Assembly (NCBI GenBank): GCA_028534125.1
Contig: CM052818.1
Location: forward strand, 33,296,001-33,360,000
Direction of reading: 5' to 3'
Length of the DNA: 64,000 nucleotides
From: Lama glama
Lineage: Eukaryota
Shown: positions 38,951 through 53,102 of the stretch, piece after piece
Layout of the letters: the number at the start of each line of letters is the position of its first letter
How positions within the stretch are numbered: the stretch's first letter is position 1
Translations under genes and position numbers: made by a program
The notes under the pieces: model-generated
What the model was told of the DNA's origin: nothing
The model's input: only the letters and a program-made list of their open reading frames with translations
The model's database searches: none

Positions 38951-41511
38951 CTACATATGCTTCCCTAGCAGAAACAGCAGAGATCTATGTACCTTATGAA
39001 CTTGCCTTTCCAATATGAATAAGTAGGTGTAAGTTTGGGCAGAATGAGCCATTATCTTCTTGGTCCATCCCCTAGAGTAAGGGGAAAATTCAAGTTCGAA
39101 CACTTGACTGAGAGATCAAACCCTAAACTACAGAAAGACAAAAGCAATCTGCCGTTCTTAATAAACTTCCAAACATCACACCATGTGCTATCACTAAGTC
39201 AATACTCATTTATGATTTGCCTATCATGTGCAAGACATTTTGATAGAAACAATATGGAAAAGAAGAATTGCAAGAATCCATCTCCCGACTCAAAGAGGCA
39301 GATGTAAACACATGCAGATGAGAAAAGTTCTTTTTTTTCTTCTTCAATAAGAGATTCTATAAGATAGTACATGATTCATGGTCAAAAGCTCTATACAGAA
39401 AAGGCTGAAATGTCATCAGTTGTTTCTATGTATTGCACATGAATTCATCAGCCTCTTTCCCGGCAGCAGGCTTTTACAAGAGAGGAGACAAAGAAGAGGA
39501 GAAATGGGTATCCTGAGAGGAAAAACACAAAACTTCTAAAAGAGTTAAAAGGCAGAGAAAGAGGCGCTGACTTTCACAGTATATGTGATGTGAAACAGCA
39601 AGCTTTGGATGTTTTCCAGTGAAGAAAGTTCTACCTCTTCCGTACTCCAGACTACCTAATTCAAAATGCGTGGAGACAGAGGACCAGGCCAGGCCCCAAA
39701 TGCAGCTGTGGCCCATGTGCGAATAGCTGGCAGTTGGAGCCTGTGAGATGGAGCCTTGCTACTCAGGCTAACAGCATCAGCTTCACCTGGGGGATACTTA
39801 ACACATTCCGAGATGATCTATAGGACAGGAAAGTGTGAGAAGCACTGGCTCAAAGAACTGACATTTAAGGAAGAGAAAATTGGTCCAAAGATAGAGAACT
39901 GAAAAGCACTGGACTGAGACATTCACCCCGTGACTGAACAGGGGGACACAGAGGAACTGTGATGTTGCGTGGGGCTGAGGAAGAGTATGAGAGGTATCTG
40001 AGACAAAGTCTAGGATTTAAAAATAACTATCTGTGGCACATTCCCAAAACTGAGAGTTAAATGGAGGAAAGAATCGTGGTAGAAGCTGAAAAGTACAATA
40101 AGGTACTTCCCGAACATTCTTCTAACCAACCATATCCATAAGCTATGGAGGAATAAAACAAAGCACCACGTCAAGACAGTAGGCATTGAGGAGACTTTCC
40201 CCTTTGCGCCCATGATATGGGTAAAGATGTGCCATAGCTGAAATGACAGAAGCAAGGGGTAAATAAAATCAGAGAATGTTAAAAGGACCCCTTCGAGATC
40301 TGGGCCAGGGGTTGCTACCCTGTGTCAGGAGGACAACTCGGGACCAAGAGCATGTGTTTTTAAGAGCAGCTACTATTGTGTTTTGCATGCTGGGCACTGG
40401 GAAAAAGATTTCACTTGTAAAAAAAGGGTTTCTATTATATTAAAAAAAAAAGTTAGTAGCCGTTGACGTCCACACCTACACTTCATAGATTTACTGATGG
40501 AGACACTGAGATAAGGGAAGTGATCTGTCTAATGTGAAGAGCTGAATAGTCACAGGGCTGAAACCAAACCCATGGCTGCTGACTCCTGTATCAACACTTT
40601 CTTTCACTACATCATTCTGCTGCATCTAAATCTGCTTTGAAAACTCTGTGTGTCACTTACTAGATGAGATCTATGTGGATAAAAAAGGAAACAGAAGACC
40701 TCCCAAAAGGATGAAGAGTAGAAATTTTCACATGAAGAAGAACGTAATATACTGCAAAGTTTCCAAAATGAAACACTATAAATGTTGGACTTAGCATAAC
40801 TATTGAGTAGGTGGCTTTGTTATTTAGAACTTTACTAATTATAGAAGTGCTGATGACCAGATTTAGAAGAACTATAAATTGAGTTAGACTTTATCACTGG
40901 CTTAGGTTAGTGAAGAATATTTCTTTAATTTCTAAGCTAATAACAGGTTTAAGATAGACCAAATGATGAACATTTGCAGTTTTGTTCTTATGAACAGAAA
41001 TTGTGACATTTCACGATGCATAAATGATGATGAATGTATTGAAGCATCCTTGCAAGTTACAACTCTCCAAGGAAGCTATTAACAGCTTAGCATTTCTAGT
41101 TCGCATTGGAATGTGGATTCAACTTACTGAAAAAAGTTTATACCAAATAAGCATGAAAGAATGCAATTAAGATAGCAGACTAGGCTGAACCCTTTACTTT
41201 CTTAGGTTTCTTGGGTTTGCTACCTACTGAATCAAATGTTTTAAGTGTACAAGAAAACCTGTACAACAATCCAAAACAGGTTTCATAAACTACGTTAAAA
41301 AAAAAAAAGCGAACTATGTTTAAAAAAATATAAGAGCAGAAAACCTTCCCAGTGTGTCAACAAACTAAACCAGGCCTTCCCCCTAGATAAACCATAGCTG
41401 GACCACTATGGACCAATGCAGCCTGGACAACATACAGTGCAGATTTCTTTTATTTTCTTCTATCTTCAGTTATTTCCATTCTGCTTCTATACTGAGTATA
41501 CCTTTGGGGCT

Positions 41512-42160
41512 GGCCTCATTCGTTCATTCTACAAACATGTATGAATGCCCATCTACGTATCAGGCACTACCTAGAAGGTGCTAGGGACATATGCCCTCAA
41601 CACCTTCATAGACAAGTAGGAAAAATAAGTAAATAATAACTGACCCTTTGGTAAAACTGTTAGAATACAGATGTGTTATGAGAGAGCTGGAAAACTATGG
41701 CAGGAAAAAGAAGGGGTGTTAAGGAAAGCACAAAACTGGTTGTCACACACAGGTTTTCAAGGGGGAGATAATATTTTTAGTTGCAAGGAATCCAAAGGTT
41801 GGTTCTAAAGGCATTAAAAAGTACCTGGGAGTGAAAGGAAGAGAGAACAGCACATGGAAAGACATGGAAGCACAGAGGCATGGGGCACATGTGGGGCACT
41901 GTTCAGGAAGGCTGAAACACTGGACACAGTGAGGTGGGGAGAGAGATGACGCTAGATGACTTTGAGGGCCCAACCATAAACAACCTCCATGCGTCTGAGC
42001 TATGGAGTTTGTTTTCTTTTATGGGCAAAAGCAATAAAGAAATTACAAACAGGGTAATGACATGATCAGGCTGCTTTAGAATGTTCTAATAGTCTGGGAA
42101 AGATAGATTGGAGGGCAAGGCTGAATTAGGTTGGGGGGTGTCTACAGCAGTTCAGAGCAG
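41512..42160 (-). mobile_element. L2 remnant
   Basis: 'tcattcgttcattctacaaacatgtatgaatgcccatctacgtatcaggcact' and 'cagggtaatgacatgatcagg'. Confidence 0.7.
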
Positions 42161-42189
42161 AATGAGGATGTCCCCATAGAAAGGCAGCT

Positions 42190-43230
42190 TGGTGCAGGGT
42201 GTCAGAGCCCGAGCAGAGTAAGGAAGGTGCCCACGTTAGGGAGGGACAGTAGCAGCAATGGGAGGCTGGTTACATACATGGGGGTGGTTATTACACATAT
42301 ATAATGTATTATAATGTATTATGGATAATGGAAACTGGATTTAGCACTTTCAAAGAAGAAAGTTACAAATATGTACCAAGAGAAAAATAGAACAAATCCA
42401 GCGTATTGAATTGGAATCAGAGGTAACAGTATGAACATAGTTATTTAATACACACAGATAGGTATAGAAATAATATTGAGCATCAAAATAAACAATGGTT
42501 GTAATTGACTATAATCCATTAATTCAAAGGGGAAATCATGAGTCCATACTGATATAAATAAATATGAGTTTGATGAAAAAAAGAGTATTTATATAGTTTC
42601 AAAGGACCTCCCCACAAAATACCAACTACAAAAGAAAAAGAGGAACTTTGCAGTGGAAAGCCTTACAGACACCACTTTAAACAACTGATCAAGTAATGAG
42701 CCAGACAGACAGGGTGTGCCACCTGAGAGAGGGCAGTGAGAATACAGCATCACTTGAATACAGCATCACAGACACATAAACAGACTCCAATCATGATGGA
42801 ACATTAGACAAACCCAAATTGAGAGATATTTTAAGAAACTGGCCTCTAATCTTGAAAAAGGTTATGAATGTCAAGGAAAAATTGGGGAACTATTATTATA
42901 GGTTAAAGACACAAGACAAGTGAATACAATCCATGAGTCTAAATAGAATTCTCCTGCTGTTAGGAAATCACTGGGACAATTGGTAAAATTTGAATGGGGT
43001 CTTAGAATTGGAAGGTAGTACTATATCATGATTAATGTCCAGCTTTTTATGACCATACTGTAATTATGTAAGAGAATGTGTTTATTTATTAGAAATATAC
43101 TGAAGTATATGAAGGTAAAGTGCATTATGTCACAACTTACTCTCAAATGGTTAAAAAGCAAGTACTCTGTACTGTGCTTACATTTCTATTATAAATTTGA
43201 GATTGTTTCAAAATTTTTAAAAAATAAAAG
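42190..43230 (+). mobile_element. L1MC3/L1MC4-like 3' UTR
   Basis: 'aatcatgagtccatactgatataaataaat', 'ttagacaaacccaaattgagagatatt' and 'caacttactctcaaatggtt...aaatttgagattgtttcaaaat'. Confidence 0.85.
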
Positions 43231-46134
43231 AATTAAAAGATGATAAAATCCAGACCAGATCATACAAAGACATTGTTCTTTTAGTCAGGAATAAAAAGGA
43301 AGAGAGAAGCTGAAATTTTAAATCAGAAACCCATTACACATGCTGTTTTATGGTACATATTTATACTTAATTGCATAATAAAACATGTATAATTTTCAAA
43401 TCATAATATGGATTTAGTAATTTCCCCAAATATTGTCATTTTCCCCAAATTAAGGAATCTTGCCAGGCTTGGTTATAGCTATCCATCTGGAATGGCTGGC
43501 TACCACCTGATCCTGAGTCAAGATCTGACACCAAAAGTACTCAATCCTAGGTTAGCAGAGCTTCTTATAGAAAACTGCTTAATAAGGGTGATTTCTATCT
43601 GGGAGCCACACATCACACCTAAACTTATATCACCACCAACCCTATTATCTCTAATTTTCAGATTTAAAAGTGCCTCAAAGAGATTAAGCAAAATGTCCAA
43701 AATCTTATCCTAGTAAGTAGAGCATCAGGAAACAACTGTCTTCTCTAAATCACAGCCCAAGCTTTTCCCACTATAATCCAGCAGCTCACTACGTGCAAGG
43801 CACCACGCTGTCGTCCGCCGTGGGAGAGACAAGATGCGGAAGACGTGTTCTCACAGAACTAACCACTTCTGCCCTCTCCCTGTTACGCCGCAGTCAGAAT
43901 CTTCTGCCTCTTACCTCATGCCATGACTCTCCCACATCCCAGCTTTTATCAGTGGGTGAATTCAGGGACACTATTTATTCTACTTTTCCATCATTGAAGA
44001 GATGTGACAGCAATTCTCAAGATGGGCAAAGATTCCTTAGAATATGAAGGCCAAAGAAATGTTCTCTTAATGTACTGTGTTAAATGACTTTATTGAGTAT
44101 ATAATGATCCTTTAATCAGCTAAAAATGGAAAGAATGAAATGATGTAGGAGTATAAACAAAATAGTGTTACTTCTGGACAATTTGATGTTTGATAAGAGA
44201 GCCAAAAACCACAGCAGGAAATGTTAGGAGCCTGGAGAAGTGGACTGTTCCTCCCAAACCTTCAATGCTTCACTTGGTAGGAAAGGTCACCTAAGAAGCA
44301 CACAGCAATCAGAGCCAGGCCCCTAACTAGAGCAAAGGGACCTTGAATTCCTCGGTTATTTCTGTGAAGATTATGGTCTTCTTCTCACTTCAGTGATGGT
44401 TAGAAAGGAACTGACTGCTAGATAGAAGCAGAGGGAGGACAGTAAGCTGGCACTTCACTAAGGCAATAATGAACTCCCTCTGCCAAGCACACAATACAAA
44501 ATCTGACGTGTTTAATATCATTTCTGTAATCCTGATTTATCCATCTGGAATACTGGACATAAGGTCCTGGTAGAATTTTGAGAAGCTTATATGCATTGAG
44601 TAGATTTCCCCATAAAACAAGTATTCTGAAACTCAGAATATCTTGTAAGAAACCATATAATTACTTTCAAAGTTTTAAGGAAAAGAAAAAAAGAAACCCT
44701 CCCCATAAAACAAAAGAAAACTATAGGCTTGTTTAGAGATTATTCAAATTAACATAATTTAGAAATGATATTAATAGAGGAACTCATAAGAACACTCAAC
44801 ATTGTTATGTTTCTCATCATTAGTACTCTGTCAGGCAAGTCCGTGGCTTTGGTTTACCTCCAATGGTCTCCCTTAAAAACACCAAATGACTGAGTCTATT
44901 CCTGGAATTGCTCTAACCTCCCATAGTACTTCATCCTTTCTCACACAGTGATGCACAGGGAGCGGTGGTAACATGTGAAAGAAGTTCAAAGATCCCAGAA
45001 TGGAAGATATTGTTTTCTTGCATCCTACCTACTGTAACTGAAAACTGGGAATTTACTGGAATTGAGGATTTATTATGAGTCAGATGGTTGATAGCCTTTC
45101 CAACCAAAACATCTGCTCTACAAAGGCACAACTGCTACAATCCATTTCCTCTTGGATCTGGAGAATGACCAAGTTGGAGTTCAGCCCTTTCCTTAAAGAC
45201 ACAGGGACTTGAAGAGAGAAATGAAATACAAGCAGACCACTAAGTCACCTTCCAACTTCCACTGTTTTCTTTGATGGTATTAAAAATACAATAAAATGTG
45301 AAAATTCATATAGTTTTTTAACATTAAAAATTGCAATCAGCTCAGCGGAATAACCAAGGACTTTATCAGATCATTCAAATTTACAGCAGCACAGCTACAA
45401 CTAATTCTTTCTTTGGTATGTAAAGAAAGAAGGGACATGGACTACCTAAACACAGTGGGAAAAGACTTTCATTATTCACTCATTCATTCATTCAGCAAAT
45501 ATTTACTGAACACTTCTGTGTGTCAGGCAGTATTCTAGGAATAAGTGGGGAAGCAGCTAGATAACTCCTGGAGATGGCCTTTCAACAGAGGATAACAAAC
45601 AACAAACTAGTAAGCTGACTCATAAAGAGTCTTCAGAGCACTATAGGTTTCCAATAGTCCATCTGTTACAATCAGCCCTAATTGATTTTTTTCCAGCAAC
45701 TGGAAGGGTCAGATAGTTTTGAGGGACCATACCCTAGAGCAGTGGTTCAAATTCTGGTCCTTGTCTGGACTATTTTTTCCCCCCAACTTACCAAGAGATT
45801 GAACTGTCCATCCAGGTGTGGGGGTCTATTGCTCTAGAGTGCTGACCTCCAAATATTTAAAATCATAAGCTATCAGTAAGAAATGACTGGGGTCCACATC
45901 AATATATCTTGTATGTATTTACTTATAAGCTACACACAATGAACTGCTGTGCTAACACATAATGAACATCATAAAACATGCACAAACAGTAGAAATTATA
46001 GGAAGGTGAGACAAAAATAAAAGTAAACAAATATTTTCCCCCAGCCTGGGTAGCTGCCTGCACAGGCTATAGCTGACTATGTGGGACACACCGGGAGGCT
46101 GGTGGGTTCCTCACACAGACCAGGAGCGGGCCAC

Positions 46135-46150
46135 CCGGAAGTTACGTCAC
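46135..46150 (+). promoter_or_regulatory. ETS-CRE composite motif candidate, CCGGAAGTTACGTCAC
   Basis: 15/16 match to the known GABP/CREB composite (C/G)CGGAAGTGACGTCAC, with both CpGs retained. Function is untested. Confidence 0.45.
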
Positions 46151-46451
46151 AGCCTGGGAACACAGACTCTGTCTCAGCCCTCGCTCTGCTCCATAAACTT
46201 ACACAAATATCACTTCTAGCACAGGTGAGAGAAGTAGGCAGAGAAGCATTAGGATTATAGTGTCAGCGGCAGGAATTTAGAAGACCTCGCCTCACTCTAC
46301 CTGCCAACACACACCTGCCACTTCTTGTTGACATACACGTAGGTTTGGAAAAACCAGACTTGAAAAGCACATAATCTCCATCCTGGGTTCAGCAGCTGTA
46401 GCCCTGTTGTGTCAGCCATTTGAATCATGGTGAACGTGCATGTTGGATCTC

Positions 46452-46625
46452 AGGCAATGTGATACAGTAGGAAGGGCATGGGCTTTGGAGTCGGACGGGC
46501 CACTGGGAGTCATGGCTCCACTGCTTACCTGCCATATGTCAACATGGCTTGGTAAGTTATTTAAAACCTGGATGAGCCTCTGTTTCTTCAACTGTAAAAT
46601 GGAGGAGTTATAAAACTACTGTATT
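46452..46625 (+). mobile_element. MIR SINE
   Basis: 'agggcatgggctttggagtcggac...gagcctctgtttcttcaactgtaaaatgg'. Confidence 0.8.
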
Positions 46626-47299
46626 AGTAACAACACATGTAGAGGGTAGCCACCACGACGGCCACCATCGTTGTCACTGTTATCCCCCATCACCTTGGAA
46701 CATCTGACCCACCTGTTTCCTGCTATCCATGCACACTGAGCCTGGCCCATTTCCCTGGAAATGATACCTGTCTGTTGCCTTCTGTGTATGTAAACTCTTT
46801 GCTGGCAAATCCTGGCCTGTCTGTGCAGAACCAGTTTCTTGCCTGGTCCCTCCTGACCATGGCAAATGAGTGGCACTACAACTGAGGGTGTTAGAAGCCA
46901 CTTCCTGCTCGGCCTGGCCTACACACAGCCCCTTGACTTTGCAGTCAGGGTTACACCTTGTGGGCCAGCAGCCTTCATCTGCCCTTTTATTTGGTAGCTC
47001 ACTTCCTGGCTGTCCTCTCTCTGCTGCCACAAAATCTCAACAGGTAACAGCTTCTCTCTTCTAGTCATAGTCTCCTCTCCAGTGTCTTCTTGTTTGTGCT
47101 TCCTATCCCTATTCAGATAAAATGTAACAACATCATTTGACTGTGAAGATCAGAGAGCAATACTCAAATGATACACTGGCTGCAGGAATGACCACACACA
47201 TTTAGTCATAAAGAGAGTATTTCAACTAATAGGACTTTTAAAAGTGAGGCAGCCATCTTAAGGACAAGCAGACCTCTTTCCAACTGTCTTGATTACTAT

Positions 47300-50200
47300 G
47301 GAAAGAAAAACTATTAACTATCTAAAAGAATTTAGGCAAAGAGAAAAGAAGTGATAGCAAACTAAAATTAGAAAAAGCAAAAATAAAACCAAGAGCAGAT
47401 AAAACCTAATAAACAGCTAAGTACCTGCAATCAAGGCAGAGAAAAAATCATATTAAATCTAGACTACTAGCTAGAAAATATTTCTTTAATTAGGACAATA
47501 TAAATTTTAGTCATCTGCTAATAAATTAGTAATTAACTGGAAATGGATAAAAATTCAAAATAACAAGAGAACAAAGGAGAGATACCAGGAAATAGCAAAC
47601 TCGAATGGACAATTTACAACAAAAAGAAGTATTATTAGGAATTACTGTTTTAAAAAATTCCTATAGCCAATGAGTTTGGTGTAGAATGTTTCTAAATTTT
47701 CCAAAAATAGAGAAGAATGTTATGTTTTTCAATCTACTTCAGAAGGCAAATACAGTTTTTTTAATTGAAGTATAATCAACATACATTAGTTTCACAACAT
47801 TATGATTCAACATTTCTGTAGGATGAAGGCAAATATAGTTTTATTTTCCATAAACAGACAAGATATTCATAATTCTTTTTATGAGTATGGCTCTAATAAC
47901 TAAATAAAAATTTAATAAATAAAACACAAGGCCACATTAAAACAATTTTCCACCACAAACAAGCGAAGTTTATACTTGGACTGCATGACTGAACACAAGG
48001 AAAATAATATAATTCATCACATGAAGAGGGGAAGAAGCAAGAATCACATCATCACTGTAGTAAGTGCTCATAGAAAACGAAAATACCCGTTCTGAGCATT
48101 TTGCCAATGCAAACACCACAACCAGGTTGTCAGGTTGTCTCCAAGAGGCCTCAGGATCACATTTATATTCTTGATGAGCCTTCTAGGCTCAGAAACTTGA
48201 TTCTGTTTGCACATCATCTGCAGAGCCAGTGTCCAAGGGTAGGTGACATACAACCAGAATGCTAAATCACTACTTTACCATGGGAAATTGAGTACTAAAA
48301 TATCCGGAGTTCATATGGCTAGTGCATTCCTTTCCCATAATGTCAGTCCATTACCCTGTGATGAGAAATCACAGTCACAGGGAATGGATACCCCAGTCCC
48401 CTATTAGGAAGACCCATATGGGTTGGCAGATGAGCCAAGGGTCAGAAGAAGGTGAGTTAGAGGAACTACATTTTAATAAAGCCTGATACACCAATCTCAC
48501 CCTAGGAACAATTCTGTCAGTGGGACCAGTGGGATATTAAGAGTGCTTAGTCTGAGCTGCATCCTCCTGCATTCATCTCTGCTTTCAGATTATTCAAAAC
48601 TCACTGGCTAATCCACCTTTTATTTTGGATAATCCTGGAATAGTTACTGCCAAATTGACTCTAAAATATTCTTTTTTTCCTATTCTTTCCCTAGTTTTGG
48701 TTTGATACATTCTTTCTTCAGATACATGATTCACATTCAAACAGGTCTAATATTGCTCACCTGGGATCCATTTCATCTCCCAAAGAGAGTATCGCATGTT
48801 AATGTCTTTATTCATTTATGTGCTGGCTGCAACTGTCACAGGGTAATTTAATTCCCCTATTTCCTACATCTTAGGGAAGCAAAGGTAGTTACTTCACTGA
48901 ATGGGCAGGTAGGTATTAGAGAGGAAAAGGATTTAAAAGCATAACATAGAAAGGTAAGAAAAAATATGTTTTCTATATGACACAGATCTGTATCATCCAG
49001 TTATAAAGTTATATGATTATATAACTCAATAAAATCAATTCAAAATAACTAGTCATTTAAAATAACTAAGTCATTTATTTACAATAATGACTTCAGCAAA
49101 GTTGCAGGATAAAAATCCATTTGAAACTACTACAGGCCTATGTACCATGGGCCACAGCAAGAAAATGCAGTGGAAGATGTCCTTTTTATAATGTTGACAA
49201 AAAATTCAATAAGTGAGTATTAATTTAAATCAGAAAATTAGAGACATCTTATTCAAAGATGACATAAAGTCTGATGGCAGAATTAAAGAAAGATGGATAC
49301 ATGGAGAAATATAATTTGCTCCATGCTGGGAAAACTAAATATAGTAAAGATGACAACATCCCCTAAATTATTATGTTGATTAAATAAAATACTGATTTTA
49401 CAGAACTTGATATTGGTACTAAAATACATGTGCTTGAAAAGCAGAAAAAATACCAAGGAGAAACACTGAATTTATGACCGTGATTTCAAACCACCAAATT
49501 TTAAATTGTTATAAAAGAAAAATTATTTTTAAAGAAAGATATGGTATTAGTTGAAACAGAAAACACTCAAAATAGAATTCATAAATAAATACAAAGGATT
49601 TGTTTATGATAAGCCAGAAGCAAACCTATTGGAGGCAAAAGTACCAGTGAGCAACTAAAACGTGAACAGAAATACAAAGAGCTAAGTTTGAGCCTCAAGT
49701 TCATACCATATGTGCAGGCTGAAGAGTGAAAACATATGTAGAAGAAACCAGAACAGCATATTTATTCCAACCATGGAAGAGAGTGAAATTTATAACTGCC
49801 CCCAAAAGTAAAATATTATCACAGACAAGATATTTTCCATTATAACAAAATTTCTATCCCTCCAAATATATTAAATATCAAATATATTAATGTATTATAA
49901 CATTAGAGATCTAAAGGACAGAGCAGAATAGTGAAATGTGACAAATGTGATACATGGTTACTATACATGGCATATAAAAAAAAGCCAATAACCAGGTTTT
50001 AACTGAAACATGAACCCTCGAAACATGAACAAGAAACATGAACCCTCGAAAAATGTACAGCTTAATAAGGCAATGAAAGACCATTTTAACATATCATCGT
50101 AAAGCTATTAACTTAGCAAAAACAAATAAAAATGACAAAAATCCAGTTAGGCCAGGGTTGCGGTACACAAAACTTTGCCTCCTGTTCCCAGATCCCCAGC

Positions 50201-50910
50201 CACCTCTCCAGCTAGTCTCAGATTTTCTGGTTATGTTCTGTGGGTCTTGCCTGGTTACATATGGTCAAGAACTTACTTTCTATGCATCCCAGTGAAAGAA
50301 TCTGAGTTTTATTTTTCTGTCCCTAGGTGCTTCGCTGTCAGGCATCACAGATCTACAACTACGTCCCCACCTTGCTCTTGCTCATGCTCTTAGAGACCGA
50401 AATGAAATATCAATTACTGTAACCATTTTCTCTCTCTGCCAGCTTGACTGCCTTGCCTTTACCCAGCACTCTTACCTTCCTAGAGCGACCATCCTGTCCA
50501 ATAAATGGGTTTAGTTTCCAAGGTAAGGTTCTGGGTCTGATGCACCACAGAAAACAGCTTTAATTAACCATGGAGATAATTTTCACATTGTTGGGAATAA
50601 ACTGATCTAATCTTTCCTGAACGCAACCTGGGAATGTGTAACAAACTGTGCTTATCCTTTGACCCAATAATGGGGGAATTATTCCAAGGAAATAATCCAA
50701 AAGAAAGCAGCAGGAATTAGTACAACATGTTCATGGCAGTGCTATTAGAAATAAGAAGAGATGAAGGAAGGAAGGAAGGGAAAAGGAGGAAAGGAAAGAG
50801 AATTTAAATATCTAATGGAATGAGGAGAATGGCTGGTAATACTAAAATATGAACATAATGGAATGCTCTGTAATTACTGAAAAATGGCAACTATGTAAAC
50901 CATATATACA
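47300..50910 (+). mobile_element. Fragmented ancient L1 ORF2/3' remnants with interruptions
   Basis: 'ttcagcaaagttgcaggataaaaatcca', 'atggagaaatataatttgctccatgctgggaaaactaaatatagtaaagatgac' and 'ttatcctttgacccaataat'. Confidence 0.65.
47760..47824 (-). mobile_element. Extremely truncated L1 3' tip with an 18-bp TSD
   Basis: 'tttaattgaagtataatcaacatacattagtttcacaacattatgattcaacattt' is flanked by gaaggcaaata(c/t)agtttt at 47742-47759 and 47825-47842. Confidence 0.8.
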
Positions 50911-51899
50911 TGGAAATAGCTGGGGATGGCTCAGTGGCATTAGAAATGACAGGATGGGGGAATCATTGGCCTGAATCCCCCTGCTCACTCCAAAGCCTAG
51001 ACTATCTAGGATGCTTTCCGTACCTTCCCCGACCCCCATCAAGGAAAAAAAGTTTTCCTTTATTTTTTCTACCATAAGTTAATTTTTTTTCAGATCAATA
51101 ATGCTCTCAAATTGTTGTAACCTCTCTGCTTCTAAATGAGTGTCTCAACATATGTCAACAGGTTTCCAACCTTTGTACAACCTACATGCAGTACAATTTT
51201 GAGAACAATGGCATTTCTGACAGATGTCAGCCATTTAACCTTTGTTTTGCCTAAATATTTTCTTGTTAGGCCCCATTTACCCTGCTCACCCAGCTGTGAG
51301 GACTACTACTAGGTTCAAACCAGTGCTTAGTATAGATTAAGCCCTTAAACTAGCCACACGGGCATCAGGCTGCACTCACTCTATGGAACCTTTAGCATGT
51401 GTGGCCCAGAGCCTGACTGGTTCTCATGCTAGTGACCTACTGAAACTACAGCCTAGTTCTGACCCTCAGGTCACTTGACAAGGGTGCTGCCGTCCTCAGT
51501 CCCAGGACCTGACTCTATTTCACACGTGTCTCACGTTCCCTCAGAAACTCCTTCCTGACATTGAAACCGCTTGGAATGGACTCCACGGAAAGCAACACTA
51601 GCATGCTTCTAGTGGGCTCTCCCTGGAAAAAAGGTCTCTCTTTCGGGGGGCAGGGGGGATGTAGGGATGGGGGGGGTCAGTCCTTGTGTTAGCTGGGCTC
51701 TTTCCCATTCTGCACAAGTCTCGGCTTGCTTTGTCTTCGCCATGACGAGAACCCAAAAGGCCAAATTGTTTCTGCCATTTCACAGAGCAGTCAGTGCATT
51801 CACTTCCAGACTTAATTACTTTGAGTTAAAATCTGCAGATGTGTAAGTTTGACTTAATAGTTTCAGTTATTCCCTCTGAAACTACGGAGAAAAATTTTC

Positions 51900-52305
51900 C
51901 ACTCTATATAAAGCCTCTCAATTATTTAAAAGCAGAACCTCTTCCTTAAATTGTCTTTTTTCCTACATAAATAGCCCTTGTCCTTTAAACATACTTGGGA
52001 GAAAGACAGGTCCCTCACTAACCTAATCACCTTCGACTGTTAGTCCCTTCCTTCACCTACATGCCTCTTGGGATGCAGCACCCAGAATACTACTACTTAA
52101 AAGCCCAGACAGCTTTTGGAACTATCACCTCCTTTGTTCCGAAAACAGCACTTCCATTAACGAAGTCTTATATTACATGAGATTTTTGACAGCTGATTCC
52201 CAAATTCTCTTCATATGAATCCGAAATGCCCTAAATCTTTTTCACAGGATATCACAGGATATCCCTATATCCTGCACTTAGATGTATAGCTGACTTTTTT
52301 TTTTT
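51900..52305 (-). mobile_element. L3/CR1 LINE remnant
   Basis: 'gcacccagaatact...ggaactatcacctcctttgttcc...cttccattaa...gatttttgacagc...aaatctttttcaca...atcctgcactta' is collinear with the antisense L3 consensus as recalled. Confidence 0.65.
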
Positions 52306-52325
52306 AGGTTGAGTTTTAGAGTCTC

Positions 52326-53061
52326 AAGTGGAATAGAATGATTACTGGACTATGAATCAGTCAGAAGACTTAACTTGCTTCCGTTCATCCATTCATTAAA
52401 TATTTGTTCAGCACTCACTCTACATCAGGTCCCGTGCTGTGCTAGGTATTAGAACTACAGTGATGAACGTGTAGACAGGAAAATAAATCAACAATTGTAA
52501 CACATGTGATAAAAGCTTTGTTAGGGGGATGAAGAGTATTATGGGTATGTGGAGGAAATGTACCTGACCCAAACCTAGTCTGGAAAGGCCTCCTGGAGGT
52601 ATGTCCTCACTTTGCCACTTCTAATGGGTGACAACTCCCAAAGCCTCAGTTTCCTCACCTTTAAAATGAGAGGACTGCTATGGAGGAAACTTGGCAATGT
52701 CCATCAAAATTACAAATGCGTTTATCCTTTGACCTGGCAATCCCACTTCTAAGACTTTGTCCTACAAGTATACTAGCAAACACAGGAAATGATGTATATA
52801 CAGGTTATTCACTGCAGCATGATTTATAATAGCCCAACTTTGGAAACTACCCAGGTGTCTATAGAAGATGATTAAAGAAGCCAAGATACAACCACATAAC
52901 AGACTACTAGGCATTCGTGGAAAAAAAAAAAAAAGAAACCAAAGAGAGAGCTATATAGTGGCATGAAAAGATTGCCAAGATACGTTCAAGTAAAAAAACC
53001 CCAGATGCAGAATAGTGTATGTAGTATGCTACCCTCTGTATAAGGAAGAGAATAAATAAGA

Positions 53062-53102
<41 letters not shown>

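Noticed and set aside
43408..43713. 101-aa ATG-initiated ORF with an antisense 60-aa ORF
   Set aside because: No recognisable domain, and no promoter or poly(A)/TSD context.
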